Part shown: positions 18,377-26,831 of the stretch, in pieces
Layout: each line of letters starts with the position of its first letter
Position numbering within the stretch: position 1 is the stretch's first letter
Source of the DNA: Clostridia bacterium
Lineage (GTDB): Bacteria > Bacillota > Clostridia > Oscillospirales > CAG-272
DNA: 64,000 bases
Direction: 5' to 3'
NCBI GenBank assembly: GCA_017537175.1
Contig: JAFYLH010000001.1
Span: 15,387-79,386 of the forward strand
Position numbers and translations under genes: made by a program
The notes under the pieces: model-generated
Database searches by the model: none
What the model saw: only the letters and a program-made list of their open reading frames with translations
Told to the model about the DNA's origin: nothing

Positions 18377-21300
18377 TTAGTTTGAGAATATTCTGTATAT
18401 ACCCCAAGGTAATGTGGGTTCTGATATATTGAAAATTATATAAACATCATCCAAATCAGCTATAGAGACATTCGCACCCGAATCGCTTGTAGTAACCGAA
18501 ACAGGCTGAGTACAAGCCGCATCCTTAAATGCGGTAATTGTATAAGTGTACTTTACGGGTAAAGTCATCTTAAAGTTCATTGTCTCGCCCACATAGAGGA
18601 ATCTGAGAGACTCAAATTCATCAGTCATCTGAGAATTGAGGAAAAGGTTATATTCATTAGCCAACGAATTAGTAACCTTAGTCAAGCCCTTGTTATGCAT
18701 ATCGGCATTATATTCGGTTTTGAGATCTGCATCTTCATACACAAACTTGTAGTGGACATTTATGCTCTTAACATTGAACATTACATACCTGGTATCGGCA
18801 TTAAATAACGCATTAAAGGGCTTTATTGTGTATAACTGCTTTCCACCGGTCTTCAGTTCAAACATACCGTTCTTATACATTCCGATATCAGTAGCACCGA
18901 TTAGATCTCCGCGAACAAAGGCATACCCTGTAGAAGCAGAGTCGGCCGGATATGCTACAGGCTTACCGATAACCATATTAGAGGTTACACTGTATTTATC
19001 GTAAGCCATTTTCATTTCAACCGTTTCAAAGCTTACAGAGGAAGCAGGTCCAAGTTCATTTACATAATTAAACGAAACAGAAGCAACAAATGATGTTCTG
19101 GATTTATATGTAGAATACACACCGTTGTAATTATCACCAGCAAAATATTTCAGCTGAGGATAGTGAACAGCACTTCCGCCAAGCTGAGATGTGACGGGAT
19201 AAACCTCCCATTTGTCACTTAACTCGATCTTATCTGAGTTACCTGTAAGATCGGCTGTTGTTACTGCATAGCTGTCTTCGGAATAGAGTATACCTGCAGC
19301 CTGCCAATCATAATAGGAATTAGTAACGGTACCGCTGTCAACAAGACCGTATCTTGTTCCGTTTTTTACAGTACCGATGTTTCCGGTAAATAATGAATCC
19401 TCGACATCACCGCCGCCGACTGCAAAGAATCCGCTTACTGTTTCGGCATCAACGACAACAGCAGTGGAATATGTGCTTATAGCTTTTGTAGTGTCATCAG
19501 TAACAGCTACAATGCCTGCTGCTGCCTCGGTGCCTGATACAATACCGTATGTAATACAGGTATCGATAAGAGTATCAGTGTTAGCCTCACCGGCAATCAT
19601 ACCCGAATTCTTAGAATTCTCTACTGTACCGGTGGCAATAACATTGATCACATTGCAATCCCTCATGCTACCTGCAAGTATACCCGCATTTTCAGCATAG
19701 ACAGGAGTACCGTCCGCTGTAGTTTTGTTACTCTTAATCACCGCATTGGAAATATGAAGATTTGAGATAGTACATTTATTGCTTACAGTTGCAAAAAGAC
19801 CTATATTTCCTTCATTTGCATTTGTAATACTAAGATTTGCAATTAAAGTTTTATTACCATCAAGAACGCCCTTCATACCTATTATAGGTAAATGACTTAC
19901 TGTTGCAAGGTCAAACAGCGCAGTTGTTGAAAAATTGTCCTGATATTTTACGGGAGTAAACTCCAATTTATAATTATACTTACCTGTTTCATCGTCAAGG
20001 CAGTATACTCTGATCATATCAAACTCATTATAATCATTGATTATAAAGGGAGACTGGGCTGTACCGTTACCGCCTACGATATAGGGGTTTTTGTCGGCTG
20101 TGGTTACATGAACATAGATATCGCGTTCGAAGCTGCCTGAATATGCGGTGAACTTGATGTCACCTGTATTTGTGAACAGGTACTTGCCTGTATTTGCATC
20201 ATATGTGTTTCCGGAAAGACCGTCTATAGTTGCGCCTTCATTAGTGGGAAAATTGCTGAGATCGGTGGGATCAAAGTAGTATTCATCTACACCGCCGCTT
20301 ATGCGCCAGTCAATTCTGTTTGAAGCAGTGCCTACATTTTTAGTAATTGTAGCATAAGAATATTTATCAGCAGATGAAACAACAGTAAATTCTCTGCCTG
20401 TAGTTAATCCGTCCTCGCGGCTAACATCCACAATAGCAGTAGATATCGCAGACATTCTTTTTATATTTTCCCTGTTACCGTCATCAAAGCTGATCTGAGG
20501 ATAATAACCCTCATAGTTGACCCAGCCTGTACCCTTAAGCTTTGACTTGATCTCCGCAGGCGTACAGCGGTGAGGATCCATGTCACCCTGTCGCTGCAAG
20601 GAAACATTCTCGTCGTAATATACATGATGTGATTCCTCAAGACCCTTGATAACACCGATAGACTTTACGGTATCGGCATAGGGATTAAGAATACACATAG
20701 ATGTGTATGATTCGGTAATACTGGGGGTAAAGGAATATCCGATAAGACCGCCGATATAATTGCGCCCGTCATTATCGATACTGCCTGTAGAATAACACTT
20801 TGTAACAAGATTGGTTGTAGCAGTCGATGATTCGGTATACGAGCCTATAAGACCACCGACATAACTGCCGTTAGTATTAATATCAACCATAGCAAAGCTA
20901 TTATGCATATCTCCGCCGAAGCTGCCAACAAGACCTCCTATATAAGAGGGATTGTCACCGTAAACAGATATGGTACCGTCAACTATACAGTCAACGACCC
21001 TGCCGGAGGTCATAACACCTGCAAGGAAACCGAAGCCTACTTTATTACCGGCATTTAAATCTGTAATTGTACAGTTGTACATTACGGTGTAGTAGAAATA
21101 ACTGCCCTTAGCAACATTAGTGAACAGTCCTCCACCGGACATATTCAAATTACTGATAGTATGATAATTACCGTTGAAATATATGACCTTATTAGTCGCA
21201 TCTATAGGGGTATAGGTGATTCCCGATGCATCTATATCAGCAGTAATTTTAATTGTAACAGGACTTGTTGCACTGTTAACGGAAGTAGCCAGTCCTGCAA

Positions 21301-21424
21301 GATCGGCAGCGGAGCCGACATTGATAGTGGTAGCAGCACTTGAGGTAAACATCATACCAAGATTACATGATGTGACCAATATCGCCAATGTAAGTATCAT
21401 AGATATAATCTTGATCTTTTTCAT
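18377..21424 (-). CDS. Large secreted GLUG-motif repeat protein (adhesin-like)
   Basis: I moved the start to MKKIKIISMILTLAILVTS, which has an AGGAGG RBS. The protein has a signal peptide and repeated GLUG-type motifs (IGGLVGS, VGGLIGS, IGGLIGY, AGILAGS). Confidence 0.7.
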   Translation of the reverse strand: MKKIKIISMILTLAILVTSCNLGMMFTSSAATTINVGSAADLAGLATSVNSATSPVTIKITADIDASGITYTPIDATNKVIYFNGNYHTISNLNMSGGGLFTNVAKGSYFYYTVMYNCTITDLNAGNKVGFGFLAGVMTSGRVVDCIVDGTISVYGDNPSYIGGLVGSFGGDMHNSFAMVDINTNGSYVGGLIGSYTESSTATTNLVTKCYSTGSIDNDGRNYIGGLIGYSFTPSITESYTSMCILNPYADTVKSIGVIKGLEESHHVYYDENVSLQRQGDMDPHRCTPAEIKSKLKGTGWVNYEGYYPQISFDDGNRENIKRMSAISTAIVDVSREDGLTTGREFTVVSSADKYSYATITKNVGTASNRIDWRISGGVDEYYFDPTDLSNFPTNEGATIDGLSGNTYDANTGKYLFTNTGDIKFTAYSGSFERDIYVHVTTADKNPYIVGGNGTAQSPFIINDYNEFDMIRVYCLDDETGKYNYKLEFTPVKYQDNFSTTALFDLATVSHLPIIGMKGVLDGNKTLIANLSITNANEGNIGLFATVSNKCTISNLHISNAVIKSNKTTADGTPVYAENAGILAGSMRDCNVINVIATGTVENSKNSGMIAGEANTDTLIDTCITYGIVSGTEAAAGIVAVTDDTTKAISTYSTAVVVDAETVSGFFAVGGGDVEDSLFTGNIGTVKNGTRYGLVDSGTVTNSYYDWQAAGILYSEDSYAVTTADLTGNSDKIELSDKWEVYPVTSQLGGSAVHYPQLKYFAGDNYNGVYSTYKSRTSFVASVSFNYVNELGPASSVSFETVEMKMAYDKYSVTSNMVIGKPVAYPADSASTGYAFVRGDLIGATDIGMYKNGMFELKTGGKQLYTIKPFNALFNADTRYVMFNVKSINVHYKFVYEDADLKTEYNADMHNKGLTKVTNSLANEYNLFLNSQMTDEFESLRFLYVGETMNFKMTLPVKYTYTITAFKDAACTQPVSVTTSDSGANVSIADLDDVYIIFNISEPTLPWGIYRIFSN

Positions 21425-21443
21425 ATTTACCTCCTTGTAGATT

Positions 21444-22064
21444 TTAATCTTTAGTATTTGTTTTATCATCGAAAGCATCTGCTTCCGATTTACCTGCTGT
21501 ATTATTACCAACCTTTTCGGGAGTATTGATTATAACAAACAGGTCTATCAGGTTTATAAGAACGATTATTGCAATGGGAAGAACTGTTATACAGAATGAT
21601 ATTGTTCTGTTGGAGAGTATCTCAAACACCTTACCTATGTGATAGGAGGTGAACACTACCCTTCCCATAATATCCTCTTCATAAACCTTATATTCGTCGG
21701 GCTCGGGGTTTGCCGCACCCTTGGTCGTAATTTCGGTGACACCGTCACCGTTGATATCAATTGCATATATATTGTGGGTATTGATGCTACCCTCAATATC
21801 CGGATCATGGGATACAAAGGATATTGTATCGCCCACCTCCAGCTTCTCAAAGGGAACTTCCTTTGCAATAATGAAGCTTCCTTTTCTTATGTCGGGTTCC
21901 ATGCTTCCTGTAAGAACATAATAGAACCTGCTGCCGAAAAACGACATTTCGGGATTAGCTCTGGAAAGTGTGGCAAAAACGAGAAGCGAAAACGAGAACA
22001 CAAGGAAAACTGCGGCAATCACGCTTGTGATCTTAATTGCTCGCTTGGTCTTAGGCTTGGTCAT
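21444..22064 (-). CDS. SipW-like (archaeal/ER-type, S26 family) signal peptidase I, copy 2
   Basis: 206 aa with an N-terminal TM helix, the catalytic-Ser box VLTGSMEP, a TKGAANPEPDE box and a C-terminal TM helix. Its start overlaps the stop of the upstream gene (ATGA at 22062-22066). Confidence 0.75.
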   Translation of the reverse strand: MTKPKTKRAIKITSVIAAVFLVFSFSLLVFATLSRANPEMSFFGSRFYYVLTGSMEPDIRKGSFIIAKEVPFEKLEVGDTISFVSHDPDIEGSINTHNIYAIDINGDGVTEITTKGAANPEPDEYKVYEEDIMGRVVFTSYHIGKVFEILSNRTISFCITVLPIAIIVLINLIDLFVIINTPEKVGNNTAGKSEADAFDDKTNTKD

Positions 22065-24142
22065 CAGTTTTCACCGTTGTCGTTAACAAAATTGATAGAT
22101 ACGGCATCCGCTATGCTCATAACCGACTCGTCGGATGCTTGTGTTATATCAGACTTTACCTGCTTTGGCTTTGAAACAGCCTTAGCCTTTTCCTTTGCGG
22201 CCTTTTCCTTAGCCTTAGCCTTAGCCTTTGCTGCTTTTTCCTTTTCAAGGGCTATAGCCTTTTCCTTTGCGGCTTTTTCCTTAGCCTTTGCTTTTGCTTT
22301 AGCAGCCTTTTCCTTCTCTATGGCAGCGGCTTTTTCCTTGGCTGCCCTTTCCTTTTCTTTTGCTTTTTGCTTTGCCTGTCTCTCTTTTTCGAGAGCCTCG
22401 GCCTTTTCCTTGTCTGCCTTGGCTTTAGCCTTTGCCTTTTCACGGGCTACGCGCTCTTTTTCAAGCGCATCAGCCTTTTCCTTGTCTGCCTTGGCTTTAG
22501 CCTTTGCCTTTTCACGGGCTACGCGCTCTTTTTCAAAAGCCTCGGCCTTTTCTTTATCTGCCTTGGCTTTAGCCTTAGCCTTTTCACGGGCTACGCGCTC
22601 TTTTTCAAGAGCCTCGGCCTTTTCTTTATCTGCTTTGGCTTTAGCCTTTGCCTTTTCACGGGCTACGCGCTCTTTTTCAAGAGCCTCGGCCTTTTCTTTA
22701 TCTGCCTTGGCTTTAGCCTTTGCCTTTTCACGGTCAAGGCGTTCCTTTTCAAGAGCTGCTGCCTTTTCCTTAGCAGCCTTTTCCTTTGCCTTCTGCTTAG
22801 CTATGCGCTCTTTTTCAAGGGCTTTTTCTTTTTCAAGCTTAGCCTTTTCACGGGCAATACGGTCAGCCTCGCGCTTCTTCTCTCTGGCAATACGCTCTTC
22901 CTCGCGCTTGCGAGCGGCTTCTTCTCTCGCCTTCTGACGAGCAATACGAGCCTTTTCTTCTGCCTTTTCGCGGGCAATACGCTCTTTTTCTGCCTTAATG
23001 GCATCTTGCTTAGCCTGCTTTTCGGCTTTAAGAGCATTGCTGATAGCCTCGGCAATAAGAGCATCCTGCTTTTCGCGCTTCTTTGCCGCCTTGACGATCT
23101 CATCAAGGTATACTCGCCTGATCTCGGTATTATAGATATCGTAGTCGTCTACGATCTCCTCGATCATATTCTTAACGAACTTAGGCTTGATCTGTCTGCG
23201 CTTCTTCTTGTGTTCAAGATCAACCTCATCTGAGGAATCTGCCGCCTTCTTAAGGCAGATATAGTTAAGAGCAAGAGCGTTATAAAATGCAAATACCTGC
23301 TGTTGCTCAAGCTCACGGTATTCGTTGATAACATCAATGGTATAGCCTACCTCGTGGTAGGTCTCGATAAACTGCCAGAGAACAAGAGCCTTTTTAAAGT
23401 TAGGGTCCTTAAGAATAACATTTGTTCTCATAATAGGAGGACGCACGGGAGCAGAGCCTCTCATAGAACGGGCAAATGCTGAGCCGCGGAACTCACGGAT
23501 AATATGGGAAAGACGGTCGATACGGGCAAAAATACTCATACGGCTGGTGTCCATATCGATCATAGATGTCTTATTTGTAGCAGAAATTTCGAGCTTGTAG
23601 GTAACATCCTCGGATCCATTGTTAAATGTTCCCTCCATGCCAAGCTCTGCGACCTCTTCATCGTCGGTAATACCGTAGAGCACCTTACGGCGGCTCTCAA
23701 CAAACTCCTCAACCTTGCCGAGAAGTGTATAGATAAAACGGTTTTCGTAGATGTCAAAGCTCTCTTCACGGTATACATTGAGTATCTCGTTGGGAGTTAC
23801 TCTGTCACCGTCTACTCTTGCTATGAGGTTGGTATGCTGTGCAAGATGGCGAACAGACTCATTGGTAATACGGCGTGCCTTTTCAATCGGCACTATCTCC
23901 TCCTCCTGTACGATGAAACGACGGGGGTTACGGATGATGGTATCAAGCTCAACAATGCAGTTCTCTATCTGCTCGATCCAGCGGACATCGATCTTCTTAT
24001 CCTTTTTCTTCTGATAAAAAGAGATCTTGTTACTGCCCGCACCGATATTCTCCATAACATAGCTATAGAACTCATCGCTCTCTATCATCGAGACAAAATT
24101 TTCATAGTATGAATCATATAATGAATCTATCTGTTTAGACAC
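22064..24142 (-). CDS. McrC/DUF2357-like N-terminal domain protein with a long K/E/A-rich coiled-coil repeat C-terminus
   Basis: 692 aa with a GTG start and an AAGGAG RBS 8 nt upstream. The first ~330 aa are globular and contain FDIYENRFIYTLL, which I associate with DUF2357/McrC-like partners. I saw no PD-(D/E)xK motif. Residues ~355-665 are repeats of the type (KEKAEALEKERVAREKAKAKAKAD)n. Confidence 0.55.
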   Translation of the reverse strand: MSKQIDSLYDSYYENFVSMIESDEFYSYVMENIGAGSNKISFYQKKKDKKIDVRWIEQIENCIVELDTIIRNPRRFIVQEEEIVPIEKARRITNESVRHLAQHTNLIARVDGDRVTPNEILNVYREESFDIYENRFIYTLLGKVEEFVESRRKVLYGITDDEEVAELGMEGTFNNGSEDVTYKLEISATNKTSMIDMDTSRMSIFARIDRLSHIIREFRGSAFARSMRGSAPVRPPIMRTNVILKDPNFKKALVLWQFIETYHEVGYTIDVINEYRELEQQQVFAFYNALALNYICLKKAADSSDEVDLEHKKKRRQIKPKFVKNMIEEIVDDYDIYNTEIRRVYLDEIVKAAKKREKQDALIAEAISNALKAEKQAKQDAIKAEKERIAREKAEEKARIARQKAREEAARKREEERIAREKKREADRIAREKAKLEKEKALEKERIAKQKAKEKAAKEKAAALEKERLDREKAKAKAKADKEKAEALEKERVAREKAKAKAKADKEKAEALEKERVAREKAKAKAKADKEKAEAFEKERVAREKAKAKAKADKEKADALEKERVAREKAKAKAKADKEKAEALEKERQAKQKAKEKERAAKEKAAAIEKEKAAKAKAKAKEKAAKEKAIALEKEKAAKAKAKAKEKAAKEKAKAVSKPKQVKSDITQASDESVMSIADAVSINFVNDNGEN
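22382..22741. repeat. Five tandem 72-bp (24-codon) in-frame repeats inside the 692-aa gene
   Basis: The unit CTCTTTTTC(A/G)AG... recurs at 22382, 22454, 22526, 22598 and 22670, an exact 72-bp period. More degenerate K/E/A-coding repeats flank it across about 22147-23077. Confidence 0.8.
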
Positions 24143-24186
24143 TTTCTGATCTCCTTATCTTGGGTGTGCCAATAACGGCTGATATT

Positions 24187-25731
24187 TTAGTAAAGCTTCT
24201 TGAGTCTGAGGAGGTATTCCTTGGACTCCTGCATATTCTGCTTGCCGAACATCTTATCCATATAGCTGATAAGACCGTCGATCTCATCACGGATAAAGGA
24301 AAGGTTGAGGGACTCAAACTTTCTGAATACCTTCTGCTTAAGTACATAGTCAAGACCGTCGATTTCTGTACCGCCGCAGCCTACATATGCAGGAACAAAG
24401 TCCTTAAGCTGCTTAACGATACGGTTACCGAATGCCAGTCTGAAGTGCTCGATTACATAGTCATCAAGCTCTGCAATCTTATCAAGGCTTTCCTGAGATA
24501 CCCTGTATTTATCCTTAGCCTCATCAAACATAGACTCGAGGTGAGTAAAGGAGAGGCTGAGATTCTCTGTATAGGGAGCATCGAAATACTTACCCTTGGT
24601 ATTGATATCGATAGGCATTGCACGGTCATAAACCTTGTCTGTAATAGCAAAGGTAGAGTCGTCGTTGTTTGCAGTACCGATATACCACATATTCTGAGGA
24701 AGGGTCATACGGCCTTCTACAACCATCTTGGGGTCGGTGGGCCATGCGGAGGGAACGAGGTCAACTACCCACTCGTCACGGGTAGGCATTTCAAGGATGG
24801 ACAGAAGCTCTGCAAAGTAGTACTCAACACGGGCAATGTTCATCTCGTCGAGGATGGTGAGGTATACATCGTCAGTATATTTTGCCTCGTACATCTTCTT
24901 TAATACCTCGGTCTCGTTAAAGCGCTTGGTAAATTCGTTGAAGTAGCCGAAGATCTCGGTACGGTCACGCCAGGAGGGCTGTACCGATGCTATTGTTGTA
25001 TCGTTCTGTGTAAACTTACCAAAGGCATAAGGCAAGGAGGTCTTACCTGTACCGGATATACCCTGGAGTATGAGAAGTCTGGTTGAAGCAAAGGAAGCAA
25101 GGAAAAGACGGATAGTCTTGATCTCATAGAACAGACCCATACGGGAGCATGCGAAGTTACGGAACATATCACATATCTCGGGAAGTGTGATATCCTTGTT
25201 ATATACAGGAGCTACATAGTTCTCGTACTGGCGGTCAACCATCTTGAGCTTGTAGAAACGGCCGATATCCTCGTCGGTAAGAGGCTTTTCTTCCTCGGTT
25301 GCTTCGGTATTCTCTTCCTCAGCGGGCTTAACCACGGGAAACTCGGGAGAAGGATCCAAAGGATTGACCTTCATAGCCAGGATGCGCTCCTTTTCACGGG
25401 TAAGCTTAACGATCTCACGGTTAAGGTTGCCCATCTCCTCCATCATCTCTGCACGGGAAACAAGATTTACACGGTTGTGTATGTACTTTCTGATAAGAAG
25501 GAACAGAAATACCAATATTACTATAAGAAGCGCAAATACGACAATTGCAACAAGGATAGCAAGTACCCACTCCAGTATGCCGAAATTCTCCTTATATTCT
25601 CCAAATACCTTTATGTATTTAGGTATATTGAATACATCAACAATACCAAAGAATATACCGGTAATGATCTTCCAGAGACCACCGACAAATACACCGGTAA
25701 AATCCTTAATAAATAATGCTAAGCTTTCCAT
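24187..25731 (-). CDS. Membrane-anchored McrB-like AAA+ (AAA_5) NTPase
   Basis: 514 aa with two N-terminal TM helices and a coiled-coil/acidic linker. It has Walker A (LQGISGTGKTS), Walker B (LTILDEMNIARVEYYFAELLS) and YIGTANNDDST, which resembles the McrB IGTMNtaDRS box. An AAGGAAGG RBS is present. Confidence 0.7.
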   Translation of the reverse strand: MESLALFIKDFTGVFVGGLWKIITGIFFGIVDVFNIPKYIKVFGEYKENFGILEWVLAILVAIVVFALLIVILVFLFLLIRKYIHNRVNLVSRAEMMEEMGNLNREIVKLTREKERILAMKVNPLDPSPEFPVVKPAEEENTEATEEEKPLTDEDIGRFYKLKMVDRQYENYVAPVYNKDITLPEICDMFRNFACSRMGLFYEIKTIRLFLASFASTRLLILQGISGTGKTSLPYAFGKFTQNDTTIASVQPSWRDRTEIFGYFNEFTKRFNETEVLKKMYEAKYTDDVYLTILDEMNIARVEYYFAELLSILEMPTRDEWVVDLVPSAWPTDPKMVVEGRMTLPQNMWYIGTANNDDSTFAITDKVYDRAMPIDINTKGKYFDAPYTENLSLSFTHLESMFDEAKDKYRVSQESLDKIAELDDYVIEHFRLAFGNRIVKQLKDFVPAYVGCGGTEIDGLDYVLKQKVFRKFESLNLSFIRDEIDGLISYMDKMFGKQNMQESKEYLLRLKKLY

Positions 25732-25804
25732 ATGCTGTACCTTCCTTTGATGAAGTAATTTTTAGCTTGGGAGAGATAGTGCCGTAAGGCTTATTCTAAG
25801 CTCT

Positions 25805-25956
25805 CAACTCTGAACTCATAGCATAGTTATGAGTTTACAGTTTAGAGTTCAGAACAATTACCGCCCTCCCCAATCAACTCTAAACTCATAGTTCTAAACT
25901 CTAAACTTGTAGCAAAAGAGTTTATAGTTTAGAGTGAAGAGCTTTAAAGGGGAGGC
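25805..25956. repeat. Two tandem hairpin-forming modules in the sipW-1/AAA+ intergenic spacer
   Basis: A 17-nt direct repeat, CAACTCTGAACTCATAG (25805) and CAACTCTAAACTCATAG (25875). Stems seen: TCTGAACTC/GAGTTCAGA (25809/25845), CTAAACTCTAAACT/AGTTTATAGTTTAG (25894/25919), and an outer GCCCTCCCC/GGGGAGGC (25863/25949). Confidence 0.5.
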
Positions 25957-25969
25957 AGTTAATATTCTA

Positions 25970-26728
25970 TCATTCGGACTTACTGTCCGTATTGTTTTCG
26001 TCTTTATTTGCTTCTGCTTCGTTAGCCTGCTTTGCGAGATATTCGGCAATAGCAGCCTGCTTCTGCTCATCAGAGAGTTCTGTACCCAAGCTGGGATCCT
26101 TTGACATTTTATACTCAATCATTGCTTTAACAAACTTATAAAGAGCATAAATGAAGAACGCAGCCATAGGCAGAACCATACAAATCATAATACCTGTAGG
26201 AGATTTAACAAAATCAAACACAAATCCTACGTAAGGTACACGTGTACCGGTATATACACCTACAATTCGGTAAGGGTTAACGGATACAGGGTCAACCTCG
26301 AGACCGTCCTTATCACCCTTTGTCATATAGAGGTCGCCGTCATATCCTACGATTCTATGGAGCTTAACAACTTCAAAAGGCTCGCCGATAGGCTCTTTAG
26401 TAATAGGGTCCTGCTTCTGCTGCATTTCGCGATAAGCAATGACCTCACCTATCTCAAGATCCTTAAAATCATTTTTGTCCTGCTTACAAATTACAAAATC
26501 ACCTACGTTGATAGAATCAGGTTTGTCTGTCTGCATTGAGTCAGTTTCTACATAAAGGAAGGTATATCCCAAAACGGCAGCCTGACCTGTACCTGTCAGT
26601 CTGGATGAAAATACAGATACAGCTACAAATAAAACGATAATAGTATACAGTATTACAAGGATAGTTGAAATAACATCCCAAACTTTTTTTGCAGTTGACT
26701 TATTCTTCTTTACTTTGTTATTATCCAT
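25970..26728 (-). CDS. SipW-like (archaeal/ER-type, S26 family) signal peptidase I, copy 1, with a C-terminal extension
   Basis: 252 aa with an N-terminal TM helix, the Ser box VETDSMQ, the His box KLHRIVG, a TKGDKDGLEVD box and a C-terminal TM helix. A ~50-aa acidic tail follows. Confidence 0.7.
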   Translation of the reverse strand: MDNNKVKKNKSTAKKVWDVISTILVILYTIIVLFVAVSVFSSRLTGTGQAAVLGYTFLYVETDSMQTDKPDSINVGDFVICKQDKNDFKDLEIGEVIAYREMQQKQDPITKEPIGEPFEVVKLHRIVGYDGDLYMTKGDKDGLEVDPVSVNPYRIVGVYTGTRVPYVGFVFDFVKSPTGIMICMVLPMAAFFIYALYKFVKAMIEYKMSKDPSLGTELSDEQKQAAIAEYLAKQANEAEANKDENNTDSKSE

Positions 26729-26764
26729 AAAACCTTATATCCTCAAAATATATACCGATATACT

Positions 26765-26784
26765 GGGCGGCGGCAGCACCGCCC
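26765..26784 (-). terminator. GC-rich hairpin after the major subunit gene (possible partial terminator)
   Basis: Stem GGGCGG/CCGCCC with an 8-nt loop, 48 nt downstream of the 266-aa gene stop. There is no clean U-tract. Confidence 0.3.
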
Positions 26785-26831
26785 ATAATATCAATATTCT
26801 CTAAATTAGAATTAACTTTTGTTAATTTAAA

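Noticed and set aside
21639-23233. Long plus-strand ORFs (432 aa at 21639-22937, 288 aa at 22367-23233) and a 101-aa minus-strand ORF at 22801-23106.
   Set aside because: They lie antisense to, or out of frame with, the K/E/A repeat gene. Their translations are low-complexity mirror images (FSLALALAF..., LGLFLVCLGFSLCLF...). They have no RBS and their open frames are a by-product of the 72-bp repeat.
24160-24903. 247-aa plus-strand ORF.
   Set aside because: It is antisense to the C-terminal part of the McrB-like ATPase gene and has neither an RBS nor a motif.
25732-25969. I considered a CRISPR array for the repeat-rich spacers at 25.8, 54.6-55.9 and 57.1-57.6 kb.
   Set aside because: There is no regular repeat-spacer periodicity. 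The repeats are inverted or hairpin-forming or are long duplicated modules, and no cas genes are in the window.
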